A stretch of DNA of 50,300 nucleotides, taken from NCBI GenBank assembly GCA_032718475.1, contig JAUCBJ010007051.1, positions 1-50,300 of the forward strand, given 5' to 3'. How positions within the stretch are numbered: position 1 is the stretch's first letter; the number at the start of each line of letters is the position of its first letter. This document shows positions 1 to 12,499 of the stretch, piece by piece. Both the position numbers and the translations under genes were made by a program. This DNA comes from Nemertoderma westbladi. Lineage: Eukaryota; Animalia; Xenacoelomorpha. The notes beneath the pieces were generated by a model that saw nothing but the letters and a program-made list of their open reading frames with translations, was not told the DNA's origin and did no database searches.

Positions 1-828
1 AACACAGGTTACTGAAGGCCGGAATCTAACCAAAACAATAAACGAATTAGTATATGTACAGGTTATAAGACAGAAATAAGCGCTATAAAACACTCAATAA
101 AGATAAATTAAAAAAAAAATCTTCATATATAAAATTCCAATAAAAAGTCGACCGAAAAGTGAAATCCTGGTATTCTTCACATGGGCGATAGGTTTTGAAA
201 GAAAAATTTTTTGAGGAAAATCCCATCTTAGGTTTGGCCACTTTTAGTGATTATGACCCAACCTAACAACTACATACAATAGACGTTCAACGTTCGGAAT
301 GAATATTGTGGAATTAAAATTTAGTTTACACATTTATATCTACAGTTCAATAAAAAAATGCAATTTCTCAGATAATCAGCCAATTCTAAATGGTTTAGGG
401 TAGGCCGCCTATCCTTATACGGGAAATTGTTAAATGATGCTATACTGGAATACTGACGTTTTAAATTCTATAATAAAAAATGTTGATTACGGAAACTAGT
501 AATCCGAAAGCGATATTAATTTCTTCCAAACATTGCCTTCTATGTATTTTGTACCGTAGTACCGGTAATAAAATATAGGGGGGAAATGGACTGAATGCAG
601 AAGCCCATAGATAACTCCTATGCTATAGCTAGGTGGTTCTTAAGTTACTTGGCAGCACAGGAGACAGCTTGAGTCAAGTTGTCCAATAGAAAGAGAGATT
701 GCCTAACAGGTACAACATGCAAGATCAACCACCATCATTCTGTAGAAATAATTTGGATACAGAAAAGTAAGTATTCTCTTAGTAGTTTCATGGGTGAAAT
801 TTGCACTTCATTTCATTATGCACTTAAT

Positions 829-1140
829 CAGGGTTGCTCTAGTTCAGTTTAAATTTTTCCTGGCATTTCCTTGACTTTTTGAAAAAATTCCCTGACTGCA
901 GGTACACAACATTTTTATAGAATATAGTGGCCGCTTCCGTTTTATTATATTCCAAACAAAGTTAAGTGATTAGAGTGCACCAAAATAGTTAGTGATGTGA
1001 GGAAATGGAATGGCGAGCGGAGAAAATTTTACACATTTCCTGTATACTGTATATCACATTCCCCGACTATTCCCCAATTTTTTACAAGAATCCCCTGACA
1101 TTTCATGAAAAAATGAAATTTCCTGACTATTCCATTTTCT
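829..1140. mobile_element. Probable truncated non-autonomous DNA transposon (hAT-like MITE)
   Basis: Starts CAGGGTT and carries several TTCCCTGAC-like subterminal motifs; no second terminus or TSD identified. Confidence 0.35.
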
Positions 1141-1438
1141 TCTTACAAGGATCTTCATATTTTAAGTACCGGTAATTACTAATTAGTGATTTATAAATGT
1201 TGCCAGAAGTGTATTTTTGTTGGAAGCTAAAATGTTTAAAAAAAATTCGTTGATAGTGAATAACATAATACTTCATTTTGCTATTTTCTGATGCCTTTGT
1301 TTCAAGTTTTTAACATTATACTCCTTGGTCTTCTGGAAAGTAATACTGTAACTCATTGTTCTTCGGTAGTTCCCTTGACAACTTTCAATACAACACTTGA
1401 GTGGCATTATTTGTATTATTAAATTTTTTTAATTATTA

Positions 1439-1480
1439 AATAGTCTGATGCAGACCGGTAGGTCGAAAACGTTTACTATT
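1439..1480 (+). ncRNA. Minimal type I hammerhead ribozyme-like motif (degenerate, Penelope-type)
   Basis: Stem I AATAGT/ACTATT, core CTGATG(C)A, stem II GACC-GGTA-GGTC, GAAA, palindromic AACGTT stem III; core deviates from CUGANGA. Confidence 0.5.
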
Positions 1481-1878
1481 GTATCTCTACCTAATATAAT
1501 ATAACCAGCTAAAGACCCTCAATACTTTATTTTTTCTATCATCTTTACACTATGCTGCCGCTGGTGAATGCCTACCACTTCATTCGTTCGTTTATTAAAT
1601 TTTTGCGTGCTGCAATATTTTATTAATGGACGCGAATACAGGCCCTACCTACCACCTAAACCTATAGTAAAAAATGGTGAATCGAGTGTTAGGGTATTAG
1701 GGGACGCAGCAAACATCGCCCGCGAACCGCGAAAAAGCTTCGCCCGCGAGCAATCTTCGCCCTCAAAATGAGTGTTAATAACCTCGTTTATTATTTTGGT
1801 TAGAAAAATTCGTCTCTGTAACCTATTGTGTCTGTGACTCTTCCAGCGGGCGAAGGTTGGACGCGGGCGAAGATTGCA

Positions 1879-2544
1879 CCCAACCGGTATTAGTACACCC
1901 ACACTAACCTCATTAAGCACCCAACCAGTATTAGTACACACACACTAACCTCATTAAGCACCTAACCAGTATTAGTACACACACACTAACCTCATTAAGC
2001 ACCTAACCAGTATTAGTACACCCACACTAACCTCATTAAGCACCCAACCGGTATTAGTACACACACACTAAACTCATTAAGCACCTAACCAGTATTAGTA
2101 CACCCACACTAACCTCATTAAGCACCCAACCGGTATTAGTACACACACACTAAACTCATTAAGCACCTAACCAGTATTAGTACACACACACTAACCTCAT
2201 TAAGCACCTAACCAGTATTAGTACACCCACACTAACCTCATTAAGCACCCAACCTGTATTAGTACACACACACTAACCTCATTAAGCACCTAACCAGTAT
2301 TAGTACACACACACTAACCTCATTAAGCACCTAACCAGTATTAGTACACACACACTAACCTCATTAAGCACCTAACCAGTATTAGTACACCCACACTGAC
2401 CTCATTAAGCACCCAACCTGTATTAGTACACACACACTAACCTCATTAAGCACCCAACCTGTATTAGTACACACACACTAACCTCATTAAGCACCCAACC
2501 TGTATTAGTACATACACACTAACCTCATTAAGCACCCAACCTGT
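1879..2544. repeat. 41-bp minisatellite, about 16 copies
   Basis: Unit CCYAACCDGTATTAGTACACMCACACTAACCTCATTAAGCA in tandem. Confidence 0.95.
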
Positions 2545-3170
2545 GGGGCGAGACACGTAGTCGGCGAGCCTTTGCATACGGTTCATATAGGGCAAATGGG
2601 GCATGTCCGTCTGTCTGTCCGTCTGTCTGTCTGTCCGTCCGTCTGTCTGTCTGGTAAATGTTTGAACGCGAATTTCTCGGCATCGCTCGTTCGGAATTGA
2701 ACCAAACTTAGTAGGTAAGTAGTAGAGAGAAAGTTTAGAAAGTTTGTAAAGTTTGGTGAAAAATCATGCAGTCTGACGTCAGCTACGACAGATTATGTGG
2801 TTTTTAGAAAATGTTAAATTTCTCGGGAAGGCCTCATTTTCCTGAGCTGAAATTTTGATGGCCTGTAGAGAATCATGAAGTCTATCTTTTACGAAATTGA
2901 AAAGTTAAGACATTTAATTGGGGATCCGCTAGAGACTCAGAAGTAATGACATAGGCCTACCGGTACGGTACTGCTGTACAGTGGTGCACTGGTAAGTACG
3001 AAATTGCAGAATAACAATTTGACACCACCTAGCGGATTAACATATGATTGTATATCGAATGAATACATTTATAGCATGGGATATGGGGTCCAAACTAGAC
3101 ATGCCCCATTTGCTCTATATGAACCGTATGCCAAGGCTTGCCGACTACGTGCTGCGCGAAGTCCCCACGA
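2543..3170. mobile_element. Non-autonomous element with ~65-bp inverted ends and GTCY microsatellite (DINE-1/HINE-like), inserted in the minisatellite
   Basis: CACGTAGTCGGCGAGCCTTTGCATACGGTTCATATAGGGCAAATGGGGCATGTC at left, near reverse complement at about 3098-3155; (GTCT/GTCC)n at about 2605-2652; the 41-bp array resumes afterwards. Confidence 0.7.
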
Positions 3171-3175
3171 ACGTG

Positions 3176-3306
3176 TATTAGTACACACACACTAACCTCA
3201 TTAAGCACCCAACCTGTATTAGTACACACACACTAACCTCATTAAGCACCCAACCTGTATTAGTACACACACACTAACCTCATTAAGCACCCAACAAATA
3301 TTAGTA
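3176..3306. repeat. Continuation of the 41-bp minisatellite, about 3 copies
   Basis: Same unit as 1879-2544. Confidence 0.9.
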
Positions 3307-3402
3307 CTGGTATTAGTACAGTACATATGTAGAACAATTCAACCAAGGGCATCAGAAAATACCAAAATGAAGCATTATGTTATTCACTATCAACACATTT
3401 TA

Positions 3403-3692
3403 GGAGATAGGGGGGGGGGGGGGGGGGGGGGGGGGGGGAAACTGGACGTAAATCCCATCTTGGCGAATTAATATACCGCCTCAATGTTAAATTCTCAATT
3501 TAGGGAAAGGAGCAGTTACAGTGGCATGTTATTTTAACCAAAACAATAAACTAAACACAACAGAACAGGTTACAGTTTTATTTTTGAGAGTAATCAGCTG
3601 CTATTTCCGTCGAATCTCCCCTGGAGAGGGATGAATTTTTAATTGCGTCGAAAGCCCCCCCCCCCCCCCACCCCCCCCCCCCTCTATCTGCA
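3403..3692. mobile_element. Small inverted-repeat element with poly-G / poly-C ends
   Basis: GGAGATAG+G run at left, C run+TCTATCTGC at right; it interrupts a repeat (3340-3765) whose uninterrupted inverted copy is at about 1185-1305. Confidence 0.5.
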
Positions 3693-5314
3693 TTTTTGTG
3701 TTTTTTAAAACATTATTAGCTACCATCAAATACAAATACACTACTGCCACAATTTAAAAATCACTCATTGCTGAATGAGTCATTACCTGGATAAAGTTAT
3801 ATGCACAAAGAAAAAAAATTAAAAAAAGCATCAGAAAATACTTAAAAAGTTACCCGAAACCTACAAATTTCCAATTAAAATTCACAAAAAATGAGAAAAA
3901 ATCAGCCTAAAAACTACAGTGGAGGTACAGTAAGTACAATGGTCCTGAATAAAAACAAGTACTATAAGTACTTGGTATTTCATTTCCAGAACAGTTTAAC
4001 TTATAGTTACACTTTATACTTACAATTTAAACAGGGATGGGGATTAGAAATAGATAGTCAAAAGTTATATTCTTAAATTGTTACTTTTTCGCTCGAATAT
4101 ACCCCAAAATCGGAAGAGGAAAGAAGTACTTTTTTCCAGGCGAAAAAATTCATATTAAATATTTTGGGTGGAATTTCTTAAATTATATTATGTTGAAAGA
4201 GCATCGAAGTAAAAAAGGTTTGCAAGTAATTTGAGTAAAATCCATTCACCACACACTCAAAAGTTATTGCAACTTTAGTGTCTGCGCGGCGAACTCCAAA
4301 ACGGAACTCAAAATCTAAATATTGGTTTATGTAGTTAAGCGGCTCTATAGTTACGTAAGACACATTCTAGAACACTCAATTATTTAACATTGAGTAAGGC
4401 AGCATCATTAGTTGAAGAGTACATTAATTTGAATCGCAGTAACTATGGTAGCAATATAGTATAATACTACAGATCAATTTATTTTGTAACACTATTATAT
4501 ATCGCTCTAACTTATATTAATAAATAATTGAAAAATGTACCAATTTAAAAATAAATTACGTATTTACATTGAAAAAAAAACCGCAGAACAGTTTTTTTTT
4601 TCAATATTCTCTCGACTCTTTATTAACCTCACTAGCGTCCGGTACATAAATGCCTCGAGAATAGAGAAAAAAAGTTCTACTTTTTTCGCATGTAATAAAT
4701 ATAATATATATTCTTTCAAATTAGTTTGACTATTATTAATTAATTCTTTATAACCAAATCATAACTAACTAACTGTACAGTGTACGTACACACTGGGGCT
4801 ATTGTTACGATGTCATGGTAAATTAACATAGATATAAATAGCACAGGTAGAAGTAATAATATTTAATACGGTACCACAAGCGTAAATTAATGTTTCAAAA
4901 AGCCATTTCTCTATACTAGGCCATCAATATAAGCCTCAAAACATATTGGCATATGATTTAATAAAGGATGAAATAAAAATCTTGTGTTTGGAACAATATC
5001 TATATGGTATCCGCTCCCCTGCCTGCAGGCGGTATCATTTTAAGTTAACGGAAACATTCGACTATAATAACTAAGGCAAACAGTAGTGTGAGAACTACCT
5101 ACCTATAACACACACTTCAATATAAATGACGGATCATTGTACAGATATAACTGATATGGGAGTGGTTAACTGAGTATGTAACAAATTAATGGGATAATTA
5201 TAATGTGGGAGGGAACTGAACCGTAAACATAGTACAGCACTACAGCAGTACAACAACGTTAGAACAGGATTCGTGGAAACTAATTACAATATGTAATTAA
5301 AGTATAATTACAGG

Positions 5315-5746
5315 TAGGGCTCGACCGAAAATTCGGATTCGGATCCGGATTCGGCCGAATTTGGCATATTCGGCTCCGGTTCGGATCCGGCATAATAATT
5401 GCCGAATTTTTACCGAATATATTTGTTGTTTTCAATGCATTTCAATGCAAAATTTTTCTAACACAATTGCTAGAAATGAATATTTTTTAGTTAAATTACA
5501 CTACTGCCAGGTGCCAGGGCAGCAAGGTGATTGAATCTTAGCAGAGGCTGACCGTTTCCAGGCTTAGGATTATTATATTAAAAAAATGTGAGAGGTTTTT
5601 GGTATAGCAATTCGTTTTGTTTGATAAATTGAGGTCTAAAATACAAAAATCAACATCGGGTTCGGATTCAGCTCCGGATTCGTTAATTTTCGAAACATTC
5701 CCTTCGGATTCGGATCCGGCAAGATTTCACATTCGGCCGAGCCCTA
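5315..5746. mobile_element. Non-autonomous hAT-superfamily MITE (432 bp)
   Basis: TIRs TAGGGCTCGACCGAA / TTCGGCCGAGCCCTA, exact 8-bp TSD ATTACAGG (5307-5314 and 5747-5754), subterminal TTCGGA repeats. Confidence 0.9.
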
Positions 5747-6229
5747 ATTACAGGGTAGCCTATAGGAAAACAAAAAGCTAAGTGGATGGCACAAATCCTA
5801 CCCCATTTTGCACGCGTTGTTTATTTTTGTAATCTCCGTGACTTGTATTGTTTTGCCATTGCTGTTACATGCTTACATGTATGGTACGAGTACGAAAATC
5901 ATGCAAGCCAATCTTGTCTTAAAAAGAAAAGTTAAAAAGTCTAACCAAAGCAAAGTTTGGGTCACGGCGTGAATGACATAAAAACATGACAATGATAATA
6001 AATAACATAAAAACATGACAACGATAATAACAAAAAAAACATGCAACATAACAAAAAGTAAGTAGAGTTATGGATAAATATGTGAAAAACGTACAGGAAG
6101 AAGCAACCAGAAGGTTCCCCTCTTTTGGCTGATACCTAAGGCATGGAGGGCGCCACACTAACTCCCATTATTGGATGTTTGCAACTGGATGTTGAAAGTG
6201 AGGAAAGCACAAATTTGGACAAAAAGTCA

Positions 6230-6500
6230 ACTAAAGCCTCTCCCCGTGAAATGAGACCTCGGAACCGGTACCACCAAACTATCGTATAATCAACCTCCTT
6301 GTGGTTGCCGCAACATAAGACCTCATACGGATAAACTACTACGTAAGAGACACAATGGATTCCAACCTAATTAATAGATTAACAATAGCTGAGATACTAG
6401 CGCTGCGGAGATTGGTTGAGGATATAAAACAACAAACCTTCGACTGTAATTCAAACACTTGTGGAGTTCATGACGAAATTCGACTCTATCCATAGAGGTA
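6230..6500 (+). pseudogene. Highly degraded RTE-clade reverse transcriptase fragment
   Basis: Translates in pieces as IRPHTDKLLRKRHNGF and TIAEILALRRLVEDIK, matching the RTE RT N-terminal block seen at 16500-16630. Confidence 0.55.
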
Positions 6501-6659
6501 AAATACTGGAAAGAGCTTATAGAATACATATTGGATTGTTATATTGTGTCACAGAAGCTAATGTACTCTGGCCAGATGATGAGACTGAGTGGAGTTCTTC
6601 CCAATATTTACCGATCGAATAGTGATTTTGTAGAAATGGAAAGCTGGCCATGCAAGGAT

Positions 6660-7030
6660 TCCAAATATGTAAAAATATTTCAATTCTGTTGGGAAGTAGC
6701 TGAGATATGGGCATTCGAAAGTTGTACGTATTTGTTTCTGCTACAAGCCATTTATTCTATTAAATAAACACACAATTTGTGCACATTTTGTTTATCTCAT
6801 AAATATAAATGGCAGGGTTGGGCAGGGCATCAATGTAATGCCTATTATATATTTATATAATAATTATAGTATGTGGATAGTCATTCATAAACAAAATGTT
6901 CTAGAACATGGTGTATTTATGAAACATAATCAATAGCGTGCCACAGAGGAAACAAATACGTGCAGCATCCGAATGCCCATACCACACCAATTTCCCAATA
7001 AAATTCAAATATTTTTACATATTTGCACTT
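6660..7030. repeat. Inverted-repeat (foldback/MITE-like) segment
   Basis: CAAATATGTAAAAATATTT...TATGGGCATTCG (6662-6717) mirrors CGAATGCCCATA...AAATATTTTTACATATTTG (6970-7025). Confidence 0.55.
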
Positions 7031-7109
7031 TCCCAGTTTGGCATATAGCCCAACTTGAAAGGGATACTGGACTTTAGAAACCAACTTTCGTCCACCACAA
7101 AAACACTAA

Positions 7110-7893
7110 GGGGCCGGGCCGTTCACAAATGATGTCACGCTATTTGCTTTTTTTGTTTTTTTTTTGTAGTTCTGGTACCGGTATATTTGGTAATATTTTA
7201 TTATAATATATATTTATATACAGTATTATTATAATAAATATTATTATAAAATAATATTTTTCTATTAGTTCTGGAGGATTTTAAAACATAAAATGAATAT
7301 TAAATTAACATGAGTTAAGCACAAATATACTATAAATTCGCTACTATAATGATGATTCATCAGCTGATTTTTTTAGTGTCGGCAAAAATCTGTTGGTAAA
7401 AAGCCACAGCTTCTCATTTGAAACGGGCTCGAAAGAATATAAGAGAAGAAAATAAATAATAATAATAATAATAGCAATAGGGTATACACTATACAGTTCA
7501 GTATACAGACACACCTCCACTCCGCTCCTCCCCTAGCAACCGATAAATAAACAAACATAATAATAAAAATAAACCAAGTCGAATAAATATATCGGTGCTC
7601 ATTTTGCACGATTCCTATGATTGCTCATTCCTATGATGTACCAGTAATATACCTGTAGTTGCCGGAAAATGAAATATTTATTCCTCTATGGCATTTTGCA
7701 CGTTCGAATAAATACTAGTATTTAAAAATATATTTTATTGTAATAAATTTCGTATTTGTAAAATGTATTTTATTTCTTCACCAAAGTGCTATTGTGACGT
7801 CACAAGTATAGCTAGTCCCCCCCCCCTCCCCATGTCACAAAATTGCAAACCCCCTCCCCTCCCCTCGACCGTGACATCATTGGTGCACGGCCC
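7110..7893. mobile_element. Non-autonomous PIF/Harbinger-like MITE
   Basis: TIRs GGGCCGTTCACAAATGATGTCACG / CGTGACATCATTGGTGCACGGCCC, with TAA flanking both sides. Confidence 0.6.
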
Positions 7894-8369
7894 TAAGGTA
7901 ATAATAATAATACAATTATTTATAAGCGCCCTTATCTGCTAAGGTTCATTTCATTTTTTTACAGAATAAATTATTTTAGTTATTTGATGGCCCTATCGAA
8001 TAAACATGTTTTAAATTATCGTTTGAATGAGTCCAAATTTGAGCCTGTGCTTAAACTAAGTGGGGGCCGTTAAATACGACAGGGACAGCGTACGGTGTGT
8101 AAATGCCCCAAATAACAAATTATGCTTTCAAAAAATTATGTATTTATACATATTCTAGAAACAAAATTATATTATTCTATACCGCAACAGTCAACATAGA
8201 AGCGCAATTTTTACGCAAAATTCAACATTAGTTGAGGAGGAAGTGTATAGTCAAATACGGTAGAGTAAATGCAATCGAAAAACTACCAGATTACTGCATG
8301 ATGTTTCCACAACATTTATGTCTACTGCTGATGGTAACACAGATCCATTTTAACTCCAAAGCGGACACT

Positions 8370-8890
8370 TTCAGGGTGACAGACTTCCTAACACCCCTAC
8401 TGGATCAAGAAGTAGAGTAAATACAGCGAAGACAAGTACTTTACTGATCTAGATTTTGCTGATGACTTAGGAGTACCTTCAGAATCTCTAGAGCGAGCCC
8501 AAAGGCTCCTCTACTCATTAGAGCAGGTTGCTTCTAGTGTTGGTCTTTTTGTAAACTCCAAGAAGACAGCAATTTTGACAGTTAACTTCGACAACCCTCA
8601 GTAAATGTCTGATCATATGAGCATATAATCTTCTGCTTTAGTGGCCCGACGGAGAGAATATGCACGGTGTCAGGGCAACCAATGACATTCTTGAGACGCC
8701 TCTTAAAGGGCCCCCTGGCCTCGAAAAGGCGGATGATCTAGCAAATATCATTGGTGATAGGGAGTTGTGGCGACGGTATTTTGCCAAGAAGTCGGCATAG
8801 CATTCATAAAATGTTTATATATATTATATATAGGGCAGCATATATAGATGATGCAGCTGCACTGCAATGACATGCCGATAATAGTACGGT
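8370..8890 (+). mobile_element. Degraded, internally deleted RTE LINE copy (same family as 16490 and 19036 copies)
   Basis: KYFTDLDFADDLGV-coding block at about 8434-8475 plus a 3' end matching 17650-17810. Confidence 0.8.
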
Positions 8891-10189
8891 AATTAATAGT
8901 ACGGTAGCCTTTCCCTTCTAAGGTCTCCATCTGACTTCCGGATGAATCGATAATCCCAAGTAGCAGTAGTCGTCCCAATAATCAAGCAGACTATTCTTAG
9001 AGCTTATGCTCATATAATCAAACATTTCCTAAGAGTAAACTGTCAAAATTTTGGTCTTTATGGAGTTGAAAAAAGATGAAGCCTAGACGACTAGAAGAAG
9101 CCTGTCCCAATGAGCTGGTGATGCTGCTCCCCACCACCTCCCCTCCTCCCCTAATTTTTTTTTCAAATTTCAATAAAATGAAACAAAATTTGGTATGGTA
9201 TAATGATAGATCGACACCTTGTCTTACTGCTAGACTGTATGTATTTTTCAATTTCTCAGTTATTTCCATACAAAAAGCCCTTAAAAATTCCTATTTAGCA
9301 ATGTTTAACCACCTCCGAAGACTTTATTTTAGGTCTTTGGAATGTAATATTTAGATATCATTCGAAGCGCCTTCGTCTGTAGGGTCCGAATCTGAAAACC
9401 GTTTTAAAATTCACCAATATTTTCCTGAGATAAGATCAACATTCTAGAGTATTACTTATTATTTAGTTAAGCGTTTAAAACTCCGTTCTAAATGCCGCGC
9501 GTAAAAATCATATTTTAAAATAGAGTCAAAAAAACATTAGAGTGATGTAGACTTACGTCATTACATTCCACAAAATTTTAAAACTGACATCTGAAATGAA
9601 ATCATAGACCCCTAAAACCCCCACAGATATCATTTTAGCTCGGTGAGTGTGCTTACTTCATGTCAGACACTATTAACCAACGAGACCCCATACAGGTAGT
9701 TTCGCGCGGAAAGGTTTGGACTTTGAAGGCGATTATCTCAGAATGACATTTTTTCGCACAAAAAATACTACTACTACGCCATTTCTTAACCGCTTTTTGC
9801 AATTTTTGCTTTATATGAAAGCGAAAGGTAATTTCATAAGCTTCAATAAATTTCACGCACTTTTCTTATTTAATAAAATTTCCTCGTTTTTTTGAATGAA
9901 AAATTACAAAAGAAATGGGTTTTTTCAGTTTTTAAAAAACTTCAATTTTTTTTACAAAATTGCCATTTATCAGTTAAATAGAAAACAAAAAACAAAAAGT
10001 GAGTTAAAAAAATGATGAAAATGAACATGTGAAAAGTGTGGTATCGGAAAATAAAAATGGAAAATAACGGAGGAGTAGGCCTATTCATTTTAGTGAGATT
10101 TTTAAAATCTGACGCAGGCCGCTTGAAGGTGCTAAAAACAATTTCAAATTTTTATGTACTTTTGATCATCTCTTTTCGTTTTCTACCAG

Positions 10190-10846
10190 ATTGGAAGGAG
10201 GTTGGATTGCATATAAATCCTACCAAGACCGAATTCATGAATTTTAATGTTAATGGAAACTTGACAACCATTGATAATAATCAACTAAGGAAGGTTGACG
10301 ACTTCCAGTACCTTGGATCATGGATAGAGAGTAGCAATAAGGACATAGAAGTTAGGAAAGCAAAGGCATGGGTAGCTCTATCAAAATTAGATACCATCTG
10401 GAAATCACATCTCACAATGCACCTGAAGAATAAGTTCTTTCGAGCCACAGTGGAAAGTGTACTTTTATATGGGGGTGAGACCTGGACATTGACGAAATCA
10501 CTTGAACACCGAATTAATGGTTGCTACACAAGACTACTAAGGAGACTCAGCTGGTGACAACACATGACAAACGCCGAGCTTTATGGTACTATACCACCTG
10601 TATCAACCACCCTCCATGAACGCAGATTAAGATTCAGTTGGCACTGCTAGAGAAATAAACATAAGGTCATACCAGATCCACTTTTCTGGCAACGAACACA
10701 AGGAAAGCGTACCCACTACCCGTGGACGACCGGCTATGATATTGAACTTGAGGGAAACAAAATTTCTACAACTACGGACATTCGGGAAGCCTGGAAGTAT
10801 CTCATTTCCACTATCAGAGTTCTCTCGACCTAGTATATAGTAGTAC
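10190..10846 (+). mobile_element. 5'-truncated RTE-clade LINE fragment (second family), C-terminal RT region
   Basis: EVGLHINPTKTEFM, VDDFQYLGSWI, ESVLLYGGETWTLT motifs; in-frame stop at 10557; TAGTA-type tail. Confidence 0.85.
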
Positions 10847-11052
10847 AGTACGGTTGGTAATACTATAACATAATATTACTAATCAATACTAGAAATATTG
10901 AATTCCATAAGTAAAGATGTACGTACAACTAGAAATAATATGTTGGTAAGTTAGGGATACTCCCAAATAAAAATATGTTAATAACAATGATGGCACTTAT
11001 CCTGGGTTTATCCATCCTCAAATGTTTTGTATAAATGCTCAAATAAACTCAC

Positions 11053-11191
11053 CTAAAAGTAGAAGACGATGTGTAGCCTTATAAGCTAATTTATCTTTCT
11101 GTAATTGCTTCTCAATTTTCTTGCTATTATCCCTTTTCTGTTGCTCTTCTAGCTTGGCCTCTCCACTAAGCGACGTTCCAAAGCAACCCAT
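11053..11191 (-). CDS. GNAS: G protein Gs alpha subunit, coding exon 1
   Basis: [47 protein letters not shown] then G|GTGAGT donor; 139 nt, phase-1 intron in the Gly after HRLLLL as in vertebrate GNAS; not in the ORF track. Confidence 0.93.
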
Positions 11192-12499
11192 AGTCAATCA
11201 ATTATACGTTAATTACACAATTCAACGTTCGCGAGATTCAAAGTTGGGCAGTGGCCGAGAATGGATAAAACAGCAACGTCGATTCGAAGTACCGGTATAT
11301 CAGAATATTTCGGGAAGTGGTCATTTGAAGGAATGTTTGGATTCTGCAATCTCAATCACCAAACAATGGTGCAAACGCCTCCAACCAAATGGTAATTAAC
11401 ATTACTTAACGGTGAAAAACAAAGTCATTTTATCTTTCCGAATGTACCGTTATATATATTATATATATAAATATCAATAGGATTATAAATTAGTATAAAT
11501 ATTAATAAATACTACAATGGCTAAAACCTAAACTAAAAAATTTAAATAAAGGATTTCTAAATATAGAAGCCTAGGCGTAGTAGCCTAGTACGTACGGTAC
11601 TTGTAAATACCGGTATAGATGTTACAGTACCGGTATTACAACCAAACATAGATAGGCCTACAACCATTATTGGCATGGCGCTTCGACTTCGACAGAAGGC
11701 AAATGGTTCTTATATTTATATATCAGGTACTAGGCTATCCTGTATCGGGGACACTGAAATTTTTAATAATAATTATTTTATTTCATCAATTAACTGAACC
11801 CATGTTTAACTGTTTAATGAAACTAATGATGTAAAATAATGGTTTTGTTCAGAAGAAACTAATACAGTTATTAATGCATTAACTGCCTAATACTGTAATA
11901 GTACACCTTATGATACTAGACTGATAGTAAGTATTAATCTCAGATCATTTAGATGATTTAGAGAAATTTCCGATATTATTGCTGTTGCTGTAGCCTGTAG
12001 GCAATAATGATATAGTACTGTAGTACGCCTTTTGTGCTTCGGGCATACAGTGCGAGTGCATATGCTTAGAGTTACAACATACAGGCATACAGGGCGATGA
12101 AAAGGCGCATGGGAGTCATATATTCTCAATTTTTGTGATGATCAACTTCTACTCTGCTACTGCTGCATTTATATTATGTTTATTAGAACAGCAATGACCG
12201 ATGGTGTAGACACCTTCAAAACCAGTGTAGAGAAAGTAGTTCTTGAGATATTTCAGAAAATGTGAAGTGGCAAAAGTCAACATGAGCCTCATACAGAAAA
12301 ATACACTACAAATGATACTTCTATGCCTAATTATCTCAAGGCATCACGAAAAGAATATAATGAATACAATTATGTTGCACGCACAGAACTACTGCGTAAG
12401 TTTAATGAAGTCTCACCAAGCACCACGAGGTCGCGGAGGTACTGCGGTGCAGACTCGGTATATATGTTGTACGTATGGCAGTATGGGACAAGTATATTT

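Noticed and set aside
660-772. Possible plus-strand exon ending in GTAAGT
   Set aside because: No recognisable protein or partner exons; splice-like words alone are insufficient
1879-2544. CRISPR array
   Set aside because: Head-to-tail near-identical units with no spacers, in a eukaryotic intron
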